The notes below the pieces were generated by a model that was not told where the DNA came from, ran no database searches, and saw only the letters and a list, made by a program, of their open reading frames with translations. Below are positions 39,622 to 47,751 of a DNA stretch of 64,000 bases, in pieces; the stretch's first letter is position 1, and each line of letters starts with the position of its first letter. Where the stretch lies: NCBI GenBank assembly GCA_965221775.1, contig CBDCSU010000005.1, forward strand, positions 441,216 to 505,215, given 5' to 3'. Origin of the DNA: Candidatus Latescibacterota bacterium (lineage in GTDB: Bacteria; Latescibacterota; UBA2968; UBA8231). The position numbers were made by a program, and so were the translations under genes.

Positions 39622-41457
39622 ATGACAACGACAAGACTCCTCCCGCGATGGCTGTACGTGATGCGGTGGACCACCGCGAAGTCGCGGGAAGCCTCTCCCG
39701 CCCTGTTCGTGGCCCGCGCCGTGTTCTCGGTGATCCATGGGCTGTTCGTCGTCCTGCGCTGCCTTGCCATCTGGTGGGGGGTGGACTGGCTCATGGCGGC
39801 GATCGAGGATCCGCGGCAGAGCGGACAGATGCTGACTCGTCTGGCGCTGCTGGCGGGGGGCCTGCTGGCGACGGAGGCTGTCGGGCGGCAGATCGCCTAC
39901 TGGCTGGGTTCGCGGGCGAGATTCCACCTCGAACTGCTCTTGCGGCGCGAGTTCATCGCCAAGTCCTCGGAACTCGACCTGGTGGAGATCGAAGCGGCCG
40001 GCGAACGGGACCTGCTGAGGAACCGTCACGCCCTCGAGTACACAGCCTGCGGGGTGATGGATTCGATATACAGCTTCATCTTCCTCGGCGTGCAGGCGGC
40101 GGGGCTGGTCGTTCTCTGCACCCTGATCGGCTGGCCGATCTTTGCGGCCGCGGGGGCCCTGCTGGCCGTCCATCTCGTGAAGTGGCTGACGCGGCCGAAG
40201 GAGGATTCGGGGGTTTCGGAACGGAGCCGCTTGTCCTACCTCGAGCACTTGCTCTCAGGCCAGGATCCTGCCAAGGAGATCCGCCTCTTCGGTCTCGTCC
40301 CCTATCTCGGAGGCATGGCCGAGGAGTTGGCCGAACGGTACTACCGCAAGCAGTTGTTCACCGTCGGCGGGGCGGTCAGAAACCTGGCCTTCTACCTGCC
40401 CTTCCTGGCGATCGCCCTCGGTTTCGGCTACTGGCTCGTGGAGCAGGTGACGGCCAGGGAGATCTCCCTCGGGCTGGCCCTCATGGCCCTTGCCGTGGTC
40501 TTCATCGCTCAGAAGGCCGTGTCGGGCCTCTCCGGAATGGTGTGGGCCTGGGAAGACTCGCTGGAAGGCATTCAGGGCTACCAGGCCTTTCTCGACCTGC
40601 AACCGCAGATCCGACCCGAACCGGATCTCCCCGACGTGCCGGCCGATCTCGGCCCGGGGATCGTGTTCGACAACGTCTCCCTGACCTATCCGACGAGCGA
40701 CCAGCCTGCCGTCGAAGGGGTGTCGCTGACCATTCGCCCCGGCGAGCGCATCGCCCTGGTGGGCGAGAACGGCTCCGGCAAGACGACCTTCGTCAAGCTG
40801 CTGACCCGGCTCTACGATCCGACGGAAGGACGGATTCATCTCGGGGGCCGCGACCTGCGCGAATACAACGTGGAGACGTACCGCCGGCGCTTCGGCGTCA
40901 TCTTCCAGGACTACATGCGCTACCACGGGACGGTGGCCGAGAACATCGGCTACGCGCAGTACGACCGGCTCGACGATGCGGACGGCATCGAGGCCGCGGC
41001 TGAGAAGGCCGGTTTGCACGAGTTCATCGAGACCCTGGACGAGGGCTACCAGACCCGTGTCGGCTCCTGGTTCAAGAGAGGCACCGAGCTGTCCGGCGGG
41101 CAGTGGCAGAAGATCGCCCTGGCGCGCGCCTTCTTCCGCCACTCCGACATCCTCGTCCTGGACGAGCCGACCAGCGTCCTCGACGCCCGCGCCGAGTACG
41201 GCATCTTCCGGCGCTTCCTCGAGCTGACCGCCGGCAAGACCACCGTCCTCGTCTCGCACCGCTTCTCGACGGTGCGCATGGCGGACACGATCTACGTATT
41301 CCAACAGGGACGCATCATCGAGCGCGGCAGCCATGGGGAGCTGATGGCCCAGGACGGGCTCTACGCCGAGCTGTTCAACATGCAGGCCGAGGGCTTCCTG
41401 CTGGATGGCGGCCATCCCCCACCGGTAAGCCACCGCGCCCCGAGGCCGGCATCATGA
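39622..41457 (+). CDS. ABC transporter permease/ATP-binding protein (MsbA-like exporter)
   Basis: The N-terminal 6-TM domain is followed by Walker A GENGSGKTT, signature LSGGQWQKIALARA and Walker B ILVLDEPTS. Confidence 0.9.
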   Translation: MTTTRLLPRWLYVMRWTTAKSREASPALFVARAVFSVIHGLFVVLRCLAIWWGVDWLMAAIEDPRQSGQMLTRLALLAGGLLATEAVGRQIAYWLGSRARFHLELLLRREFIAKSSELDLVEIEAAGERDLLRNRHALEYTACGVMDSIYSFIFLGVQAAGLVVLCTLIGWPIFAAAGALLAVHLVKWLTRPKEDSGVSERSRLSYLEHLLSGQDPAKEIRLFGLVPYLGGMAEELAERYYRKQLFTVGGAVRNLAFYLPFLAIALGFGYWLVEQVTAREISLGLALMALAVVFIAQKAVSGLSGMVWAWEDSLEGIQGYQAFLDLQPQIRPEPDLPDVPADLGPGIVFDNVSLTYPTSDQPAVEGVSLTIRPGERIALVGENGSGKTTFVKLLTRLYDPTEGRIHLGGRDLREYNVETYRRRFGVIFQDYMRYHGTVAENIGYAQYDRLDDADGIEAAAEKAGLHEFIETLDEGYQTRVGSWFKRGTELSGGQWQKIALARAFFRHSDILVLDEPTSVLDARAEYGIFRRFLELTAGKTTVLVSHRFSTVRMADTIYVFQQGRIIERGSHGELMAQDGLYAELFNMQAEGFLLDGGHPPPVSHRAPRPAS

Positions 41458-42437
41458 AAGCCGCCCGCCTGCGCGCCGTCCGCCACTGGGAGTTCGTCGA
41501 CGTGGACGAGCCGGTCCCGGGGCCGGGGAAGATGCGCGTGCGCCTGGAGCAGGTCGCCGTCTGCGGCAGCGACCTGCCGGAGTTCCTCGGCGTCCACCCC
41601 GGCTTCCCCAAGGCCGCGGGCGGCACCGGCCACGAGGGGATCGGCCGCGTCGAGTCCTGCCCCTCGGGCGCCTACGCCGAGGGCGAGCGGGTGCTGCTGT
41701 GGGGCTTCGACCGCGGCAACGGCCTGTTCCAGGAAGCCGTCCTCACCCGGGACAACGGGCTGCTGCGGCTGCCTTCGGACGAAGTACCCGAACGGATGCT
41801 GCTGACCCAGCTCCTGGGCACCGTCATCCGCCCCTTCCGCAAGCTCGGCAACATCATCAACCAGCGCGCGGTGGTCCTCGGCCAGGGGCCGGCGGGGCTG
41901 CTGTTCACGGCGGTGCTGCGCAACCTGGGGGCCCGCGACATCGTCGCCGTGGAGCCTCTCGACTGGCGGCGGGAAATGGCGTCGCGCATGGGGGCGACCC
42001 ACACCATCGACCCCACCGCCGTCGATCCGGTGGAGGCCGTGGGCGAGATCACCGGCGGAGCCATGGCCGACTTGGTGGTGGAAGCCGTGGGCGGCGCCGA
42101 AACCTACGGCGCCGCGGCGCTCCTGTGCCGCCGGGGCGGCTCCGTCATCGGCTTCGGCGTGCCCGACAAGCAGGTGCCTGGGGGCGTCCTCGACCTGCCC
42201 GTGCAGGAGATGCAGTGGCGCGAGATCAACCTGGTGATGACGATCAACGCCGGCGATCAGCCGTACGACGACTACGCCAACGCCCTGACCTGGATCCAGG
42301 AGGGGCGCCTCGACCTGTCCGGCCTGGTGAGCCACGTGCTCCCCTTCGCCGAGATCCAGCGCGCCTTCGAGCTGGCCGCCGACAGGCTGGCGCCGGAACG
42401 GCCCGCCAAGATCGTCCTCTCCTTCGAGGCGCCCTGA
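41454..42437 (+). CDS. zinc-dependent alcohol dehydrogenase (MDR family)
   Basis: ATG 41454 overlaps the ABC stop (ATGA). CGSDLPEF, GHEGIGRV and the Rossmann motif VLGQGPAGLLF are present. Confidence 0.8.
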   Translation: MKAARLRAVRHWEFVDVDEPVPGPGKMRVRLEQVAVCGSDLPEFLGVHPGFPKAAGGTGHEGIGRVESCPSGAYAEGERVLLWGFDRGNGLFQEAVLTRDNGLLRLPSDEVPERMLLTQLLGTVIRPFRKLGNIINQRAVVLGQGPAGLLFTAVLRNLGARDIVAVEPLDWRREMASRMGATHTIDPTAVDPVEAVGEITGGAMADLVVEAVGGAETYGAAALLCRRGGSVIGFGVPDKQVPGGVLDLPVQEMQWREINLVMTINAGDQPYDDYANALTWIQEGRLDLSGLVSHVLPFAEIQRAFELAADRLAPERPAKIVLSFEAP

Positions 42438-43162
42438 CCCCCCTCCTTCTCAGCGCCACCGCCTTCGAGCAGGACCGGGTGGCGGGCGGCCTGGACCAGC
42501 CGCTGCGGCAGTCGGTGGCTGGCCGCCGGTGGACGCGTGGGGGCCTGGGGGGTCGGACGGTGCAGGTCGTGGAGACCGGCCTCGGCGCGGTGAACACGGC
42601 CCACGCCCTGACCCGCTGTCTGCAGATGGAGCTTCCCCCGTGGGTGCTGCAGTTCGGCGTGGGCGGCGCCTACGAGGGCGCCGGCCTCGGCCTGGGGGAC
42701 TTGGCCGTGGCCTCGACGGAGAGCTTCGGCGACCTCGGCGTGGTCACCCCCGCCGGCTGGCGCTCCGTCGAGGAGATCGGCATCCCCGTGGCCGAGGCCG
42801 CCGGCGAGAGCCGCTACAACGAGTACCCCCTTGACGCTGAACTGGGCCGGGCCGCGGCCACGGCCCTGGAGGATCGCATGGAGGCCCGCGTGGCCCTGGG
42901 GCCCTTCGTCACCGTGCAGGCCTGCAGCGGCACGGCGGCCCTCGGCCGCGAGCGCGCCTCCCGGGCGCCCGGGGCCCTGTGCGAGAGCATGGAGGGGGCG
43001 GCGGCGGCCCAGCTCTGCTGGATGTACGGCGTGCCCCTGGTGGAGGTGCGCGCCATCAGCAACCGGGTGGAGGACCGGGACACGGCCGCCTGGAACCTGC
43101 CCCTGGCCAGCCGCCGCGCCCAGGAGGCGGCCCTCATCCTGGTGGAGGCGTTGCCCTCGTGA
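42434..43162 (+). CDS. mqnB: futalosine hydrolase
   Basis: The protein is PNP/UDP-1-fold: LLLSATAFEQ, VETGLGAVNTA, QFGVGGAY, ESMEGAAAA. It lies directly upstream of mqnD. The only start that keeps the conserved first strand is CTG 42434 (CTGA overlap); the alternative is GTG 42479. Confidence 0.7.
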   Translation: MTPLLLSATAFEQDRVAGGLDQPLRQSVAGRRWTRGGLGGRTVQVVETGLGAVNTAHALTRCLQMELPPWVLQFGVGGAYEGAGLGLGDLAVASTESFGDLGVVTPAGWRSVEEIGIPVAEAAGESRYNEYPLDAELGRAAATALEDRMEARVALGPFVTVQACSGTAALGRERASRAPGALCESMEGAAAAQLCWMYGVPLVEVRAISNRVEDRDTAAWNLPLASRRAQEAALILVEALPS

Positions 43163-43989
43163 GCGCTCCCCTCTCCCTCGGCTACTCCCCCTGCCCCAAC
43201 GACACCTTCATCTTCTACGCCCTCGTCCACGGGCGGGTCCCCGGGGCGCCGGCGGTGCAGGAGGTCCTCCTCGACATCGAAACCCTCAACGGCATGGCCG
43301 CCCGCTCCGAGCTGGACGTGGTGAAGGTCTCCTTCCACGCCCTGGGGCACCTCCTCGGCGACTACTGCCTGCTGCGCTCGGGCGGCGCCCTCGGCCGCGG
43401 CTGCGGACCCCTCGTCGTCGCCCGCGAGAGCATCGGGCCCGGCGAGCTGGCCCGCCTGCGGGTGGCCATCCCCGGGAAGCGGACCACGGCGGCCCTGCTC
43501 CTGCGCCTCTTCGCCCCCGGCCTGGAGCGCACCGTGGAGATGCCCTTCCACCGCATCATGGGCGCCGTGCGCGACGGCGAGGCCGACGCCGGGGTCATCA
43601 TCCACGAGAGCCGCTTCACCTACCCCCGCTACGGGCTGCACCGCGTCCTCGACCTCGGCGAGTGGTGGGAGCAGACCACCGGCCATCCCATCCCGCTGGG
43701 AGGCATCGCCGCCCGCCGCCGGCTGGGGGCCGCTGAGATCCGCCGCCTCGAGGACGGCCTGCGGCGCAGCGTCGAGTACGCCCACGCCCATCCCGAGGAG
43801 GTGCGGGGCTACGTGGCCGGCCAGGCCCAGGAGATGGAGCCCGAGGTCATGGAGGCCCACATCGAGCTGTACGTGAACGACCATACCCTCGACTACGGCG
43901 GCGACGGCCGGGCCGCCATCGAGGATCTGATGGCGCGAGCCGAGAGGGAGGGCATCTTGCCGGCCGGCGGCCCTCCCCTGCTCCTGTGA
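43159..43989 (+). CDS. mqnD: 1,4-dihydroxy-6-naphthoate synthase
   Basis: GTG 43159 overlaps the mqnB stop (GTGA). The hallmark GYSPCPNDTFIFYAL is present, with VKVSFHA and IIHESRFTY. Confidence 0.85.
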   Translation: MSAPLSLGYSPCPNDTFIFYALVHGRVPGAPAVQEVLLDIETLNGMAARSELDVVKVSFHALGHLLGDYCLLRSGGALGRGCGPLVVARESIGPGELARLRVAIPGKRTTAALLLRLFAPGLERTVEMPFHRIMGAVRDGEADAGVIIHESRFTYPRYGLHRVLDLGEWWEQTTGHPIPLGGIAARRRLGAAEIRRLEDGLRRSVEYAHAHPEEVRGYVAGQAQEMEPEVMEAHIELYVNDHTLDYGGDGRAAIEDLMARAEREGILPAGGPPLLL

Positions 43990-44002
43990 CCCGGGAGGTG
44001 TC

Positions 44003-45037
44003 ATGAGACTGCTGCAGTTCCGCGACCCGGCCTCCGACCGGCCCGAGCATCTGGGGCTGGTGGACGGCGACGAGGTGATCGACCTGAGCGAGGGGGACGG
44101 CCCCGGCTCGGTGTACGAGCTCTACTACGGCTGTGGCGGCGACACCGACGGCTTCGGCGCGGCCCTGGAGAGCGCTGCGCGGGCGGCCTCCGGCCACCGG
44201 CGCCTGTCCCTGGCCGGCCTGCTCCAGGGGCGCGGACCCTCGGCCCCCCACCTGCTCAAGCCGGTGAGCGCCCCGGCGGACCGGCCCCGGGGCCTGCGCG
44301 TGTGGCTGGCGGGGGTCACCCACGAGGACAGCGCCAAGCTGCGCGAGATCGAGGCGCAGCAGGCCACGGGCGAGGCGGTGAACGTGTACGACCAGAAGTA
44401 CCGCGAGTGCGCCGCCGGAGGCCGGCCGGAGCTGTTCTCCAAGGACGATCCCGCCGCCGTCGTCGGCCACGGCCAGGCCCTGACGCGGCCGGCGGAGACC
44501 GAGCGCCTGGTACCGGAGACGGAGCTGGTCACGGTGTACGGGCTCGACCGCGCCGGCCAGGTGGAGCGGCTCGGATACACCGGCGGCAACGACGCCACCG
44601 ACAACGGCATGGAGGCGGCCAACCCCCTCAACCTGCCCCAGGCCAAGAACTGGGCCGGGGGCTGCGCCAGCCTGGGGCCGCTGCTGGTGACGGCCGACGA
44701 GTACGACGACCGCCGGGTCACGGTGAGCTGCGAGATCCTGCGCGCCGGCCGGCGGGTCGGCTTCAAGGAGGGGGACACCGGCCGGGACCACCTCAACATG
44801 CCCGACGGCCTGCTGCACATGGAGCGCACCCTCTTCCGCCGGATGCCCCTGGAGCCGGGGCAGCTGCAGGCCCTCTACTGGGGCACGCCGATCGTGTTCT
44901 CGGAGGCGGATCTGGCCGACGGGCTGCAGGTGGGAGACGCGGTGCGCATGACCTTCTCCGGCGGGATCGGCACCCTGGAGAACGGGATCGAGCCCCTGGC
45001 GGCGACGGATCAGCTGCGGGGGCTGGAGGGGGGCTGA
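44003..45037 (+). CDS. fumarylacetoacetate hydrolase (FAH) family protein
   Basis: GGGAGG lies upstream. ETELVTVYG, GGNDATD...AKNW...LGPLLVT resembles the FAH C-terminal catalytic domain. The assignment is moderate. Confidence 0.55.
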   Translation: MRLLQFRDPASDRPEHLGLVDGDEVIDLSEGDGPGSVYELYYGCGGDTDGFGAALESAARAASGHRRLSLAGLLQGRGPSAPHLLKPVSAPADRPRGLRVWLAGVTHEDSAKLREIEAQQATGEAVNVYDQKYRECAAGGRPELFSKDDPAAVVGHGQALTRPAETERLVPETELVTVYGLDRAGQVERLGYTGGNDATDNGMEAANPLNLPQAKNWAGGCASLGPLLVTADEYDDRRVTVSCEILRAGRRVGFKEGDTGRDHLNMPDGLLHMERTLFRRMPLEPGQLQALYWGTPIVFSEADLADGLQVGDAVRMTFSGGIGTLENGIEPLAATDQLRGLEGG

Positions 45038-45160
45038 CCGCCGACGCAGGCCGCTGGTCGAAGGCCGCGGAACGTTTGCTTCCGGGTACCCGTGGCAGTC
45101 TGGTGATTCCCGGCGCGCCGACTATATTCAAATGATCCTACCAGACCCCAGGAGCCCGGT

Positions 45161-45472
45161 ATGAGCGAAGGCGCCGACCCTCCGAGGCGTGCAGTCCCCG
45201 CGCCCGAGGAAATGCCTTGGAGCATCAGCTATCTGCGCGACGACATCAAGGAGTTGCGGGCCGAGGTGGGGGCCCGAGTGGGGGCCCTGCACAACCGCAT
45301 CGACGAGACCCACCGCTCCCTGAGCGACCGCATCGACGAGACCAACAAGCGCATCGACGAGACCAACAAGCGCATCGACGAGACCAACAAGCGCATCGAC
45401 ATCCACTTCCGCTGGATCATGGGCACGCTGGTAACCCTCACCGGCGTCCTCATCGCTGTCATTAAGCTCTGA
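45161..45472 (+). CDS. small tail-anchored coiled-coil protein with heptad tandem repeats
   Basis: AGGAG lies upstream. In the 103-aa protein, RIDETNK occurs 3 times exactly, with degenerate copies alongside, followed by a C-terminal TM segment (WIMGTLVTLTGVLIAVI). Confidence 0.55.
   Translation: MSEGADPPRRAVPAPEEMPWSISYLRDDIKELRAEVGARVGALHNRIDETHRSLSDRIDETNKRIDETNKRIDETNKRIDIHFRWIMGTLVTLTGVLIAVIKL
45329..45400 (+). repeat. 21-bp perfect tandem repeat (3 full copies plus a 9-nt partial copy)
   Basis: CGCATCGACGAGACCAACAAG occurs at 45329-45349, 45350-45370 and 45371-45391, with a partial CGCATCGAC at 45392-45400. A degenerate copy starts at 45296. Confidence 0.95.
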
Positions 45473-45495
45473 AGCCCCCCGGGGCGGGCAGCTGA

Positions 45496-46881
45496 ATGCC
45501 CTTGCCTTCCGCCGGACGACCCAACGTCCTCTGGATCTACGGCGAGGACCTCTCCCCCGACCTGGCCTGTTACGGCACACCCGCCCTCTCGACTCCCCAC
45601 ATCGACCGCCTCGCCTCCGAGGGCCTCCGCCACACCCACGCCTTCGTCACCGCCCCGGTCTGCTCGGCGAGCCGCTCCGCCCTGATCACGGGGACCTGGC
45701 AGACCCACTTCGACGCCCACCATCACCGCAGCAACCGCGACCGGCCGCTGCGGGCCGACATCAAGCTCGTCACCGACTGCTTCCGCGAGGCCGGGTACTT
45801 CACCTGCAACAGCCAGGGACCCCCTTTCGACCGGCCGGGCAAGACCGACTTCAACTTCCTGCGGGAACGGCCCTTCGACGGCGTCGACTGGAGCGAACGA
45901 GACGCGGGGCAGCCCTTCTACGCGCAGGTCAACATCACCGACACGCACCGCGTCTTCCAGCCGGACCCGGAGTCCCCCATCCCGCCGGAGGAGGTGGAGT
46001 TGCCGCCGTACTACCCCGACCATCCCCTCACCCGCGGGGACTGGGCCCTCTACCTGGAGAGCATCCAGATCCTGGACCGCAAGGTGGGGCAGGTCCTGGC
46101 GCGCCTCGATGCGGAAGGCCTCGCCGAGGAGACGATCGTCTTCTTCCTGAGCGACCACGGACGCGCCCACCCCCGCTGCAAGCAGTTCCTCTACGACGGC
46201 GGCATCCGCATCCCCCTCATCGTCCGCTGGCCCGGCCGCCTCGAGTCTGGCCTCGTCAGCGACCACCTCGTGAGCGGCGTCGACCTCGCCCCCACGGCCC
46301 TGGCCCTCGCCGGCGTCGAGATCTCCCGCCACATGCAGGGGCAGGTCTTCCTCGGTCCCGGGGCCTTGGACCGGGACGCCGTGTACGCCGCCCGGGACCG
46401 GTGCGACGGCACCGTCGACCGCATCCGCTGCATCCGCACTCGCCGCCACAAGCTGATCCGCAACTACCACCCCGACCGTCCGTACATGCAGTTCAACGGC
46501 TACAAGAAGCTGCAGTACCCGCTCTGGACGCTGATGCCGCTGCTGGCGGCAAGGGGTGAGCTGTCCCCAGAGCAGCAGGCCTTCCTGGAGCCGACCCGTC
46601 CCCGGGAGGAGCTCTACGACCTGGAGGCGGATCCCCACGAGGTGCACAACCTCGCGGGGGATCCTGCCCATGAGAGCGTGAGAAGGCGGCTTGGGGGACG
46701 TCTCGACGCCTGGATCGCGGAGACGGGGGACATGGGCGAGAGGCCGGAGTCTGCGGAAGTGCAGGCTTATTGGGACGAGCACATGGCCGCGGGTTTCAGG
46801 CGGGCCATGGAGGGGCGGGGCCTGTCACCGGAGATCAGCGACGCGGACTACGTGGACTGGTGGGAAGGGCAGTTGCTGTAG
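45496..46881 (+). CDS. sulfatase family protein (Cys-type, C-x-A-x-R variant)
   Basis: PNVLWIYGEDL is the metal-site region. PVCSASRSALITG is the formylglycine motif variant. SDHG is present. No signal peptide is evident. Confidence 0.85.
   Translation: MPLPSAGRPNVLWIYGEDLSPDLACYGTPALSTPHIDRLASEGLRHTHAFVTAPVCSASRSALITGTWQTHFDAHHHRSNRDRPLRADIKLVTDCFREAGYFTCNSQGPPFDRPGKTDFNFLRERPFDGVDWSERDAGQPFYAQVNITDTHRVFQPDPESPIPPEEVELPPYYPDHPLTRGDWALYLESIQILDRKVGQVLARLDAEGLAEETIVFFLSDHGRAHPRCKQFLYDGGIRIPLIVRWPGRLESGLVSDHLVSGVDLAPTALALAGVEISRHMQGQVFLGPGALDRDAVYAARDRCDGTVDRIRCIRTRRHKLIRNYHPDRPYMQFNGYKKLQYPLWTLMPLLAARGELSPEQQAFLEPTRPREELYDLEADPHEVHNLAGDPAHESVRRRLGGRLDAWIAETGDMGERPESAEVQAYWDEHMAAGFRRAMEGRGLSPEISDADYVDWWEGQLL
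46809..46846 (+). repeat. left copy of a roughly 38-bp direct repeat (inside the sulfatase 3' end)
   Basis: GGAGGGGCGGGGC-CTG-TC-A-CCGGAGATCAGCGACGCGG matches 47637-47673. The exact runs are 13 nt, 2 nt and 19 nt. Confidence 0.85.
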
Positions 46882-46961
46882 GTCGCCGAGTTGGTCTGCG
46901 CTTCGATCACGGCGCATCGCTCCATCAACGCATCGAAGCGCTCGTCTTCGTCCAGCGCCAT
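46848..46961 (-). pseudogene. possible 5' stub of the AbiEii-type toxin gene (truncated)
   Basis: On the minus strand, the AbiEi stop TGA is followed by GGAGCGGC and then the ATG at 46961. The ORF MALDEDERFDALMERCAVIEAQTNSAT... runs into the antisense of the sulfatase gene and stops at 46848-46850 after 37 codons. Confidence 0.3.
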
Positions 46962-46969
46962 GCCGCTCC

Positions 46970-47566
46970 TCAGCCATGGGACAGGCGGGCGCTCAGCGGT
47001 TCCGCCAGCCAGATGGGCATGACGGCCCGGGCGGCCCCGAGCTCATCCCGATCCGCATCGGACAGCTGGGGGAGGACCGTTTCGAGACCGTCCTCTACCT
47101 CCCCGGGCCCCAGCCACGCCAAGGCGCGGATGGCGTCTCCCGCCTTGCGGTGCGGGGCCGCCAGTTGCCAGCGCGGGGCGTGGCGCAGCTCGACGACGAG
47201 CGATCCGAATTGCAGCCGCCGATTGGGCCCGGAGGTGAGATAGACCGGGCGCACCGGATTCTGCGTGGTCAGGCCCAGGCAGTTGGCCGCGGCGCCTCCA
47301 CACGGCACGATCGGTTCGCCCCACAAGGCCTCCAGCGCGGCGAGCGCTTTGCCGACGCTGGGGGCACGCAGGCCAAAGCGGGTCTCGACGGGGCGCATGT
47401 AGACGCCCTGGCAGATGCGCATGAGGTGGGCTGACCGCGCAAGGCGCGACAAGGCCTGGTCGACGGCCGCCCGATTGCCGAGGTGCAGCAGTGCAGCCGG
47501 ACACAGCGGCGCGGCCTCCGGAAGCGTGGCGGCATGCTCCATGATGCGCTGGGGAAGCCCGCGCAT
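46970..47566 (-). CDS. AbiEi-type antitoxin-like protein (DUF6088 family)
   Basis: The ATG at 47566 lies inside ORF 46970..47689. AAVDQALSRLARSAHLMRICQGVYMRP..., AANCLGLTTQNPVRPVYLTSGPNRRLQFG matches the DUF6088/AbiEi pattern as I recall it. Confidence 0.65.
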   Translation of the reverse strand: MRGLPQRIMEHAATLPEAAPLCPAALLHLGNRAAVDQALSRLARSAHLMRICQGVYMRPVETRFGLRAPSVGKALAALEALWGEPIVPCGGAAANCLGLTTQNPVRPVYLTSGPNRRLQFGSLVVELRHAPRWQLAAPHRKAGDAIRALAWLGPGEVEDGLETVLPQLSDADRDELGAARAVMPIWLAEPLSARLSHG

Positions 47567-47636
47567 GGTCGTGTCTCCGATTGGTTTTGTCAGAAATCTA
47601 ATGCCGAAAGTGACGTTGGCAATCCCGGCGCAGCCC

Positions 47637-47673
47637 GGAGGGGCGGGGCTATCGCCGGAGATCAGCGACGCGG
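47637..47673 (+). repeat. right copy of the roughly 38-bp direct repeat
   Basis: GGAGGGGCGGGGC-TA-TC-G-CCGGAGATCAGCGACGCGG lies 828 bp downstream of the left copy. It encodes ..GLSPEISDAG.. in frame, like the sulfatase copy (..GLSPEISDAD..). Confidence 0.85.
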
Positions 47674-47751
47674 GCCACGCCCGGTCCATCTGGAGAGTCG
47701 TCTACCAGGAATCCAGGAACGCCTTCGGGGCCGGCAATGCGGGCTCCGGTC

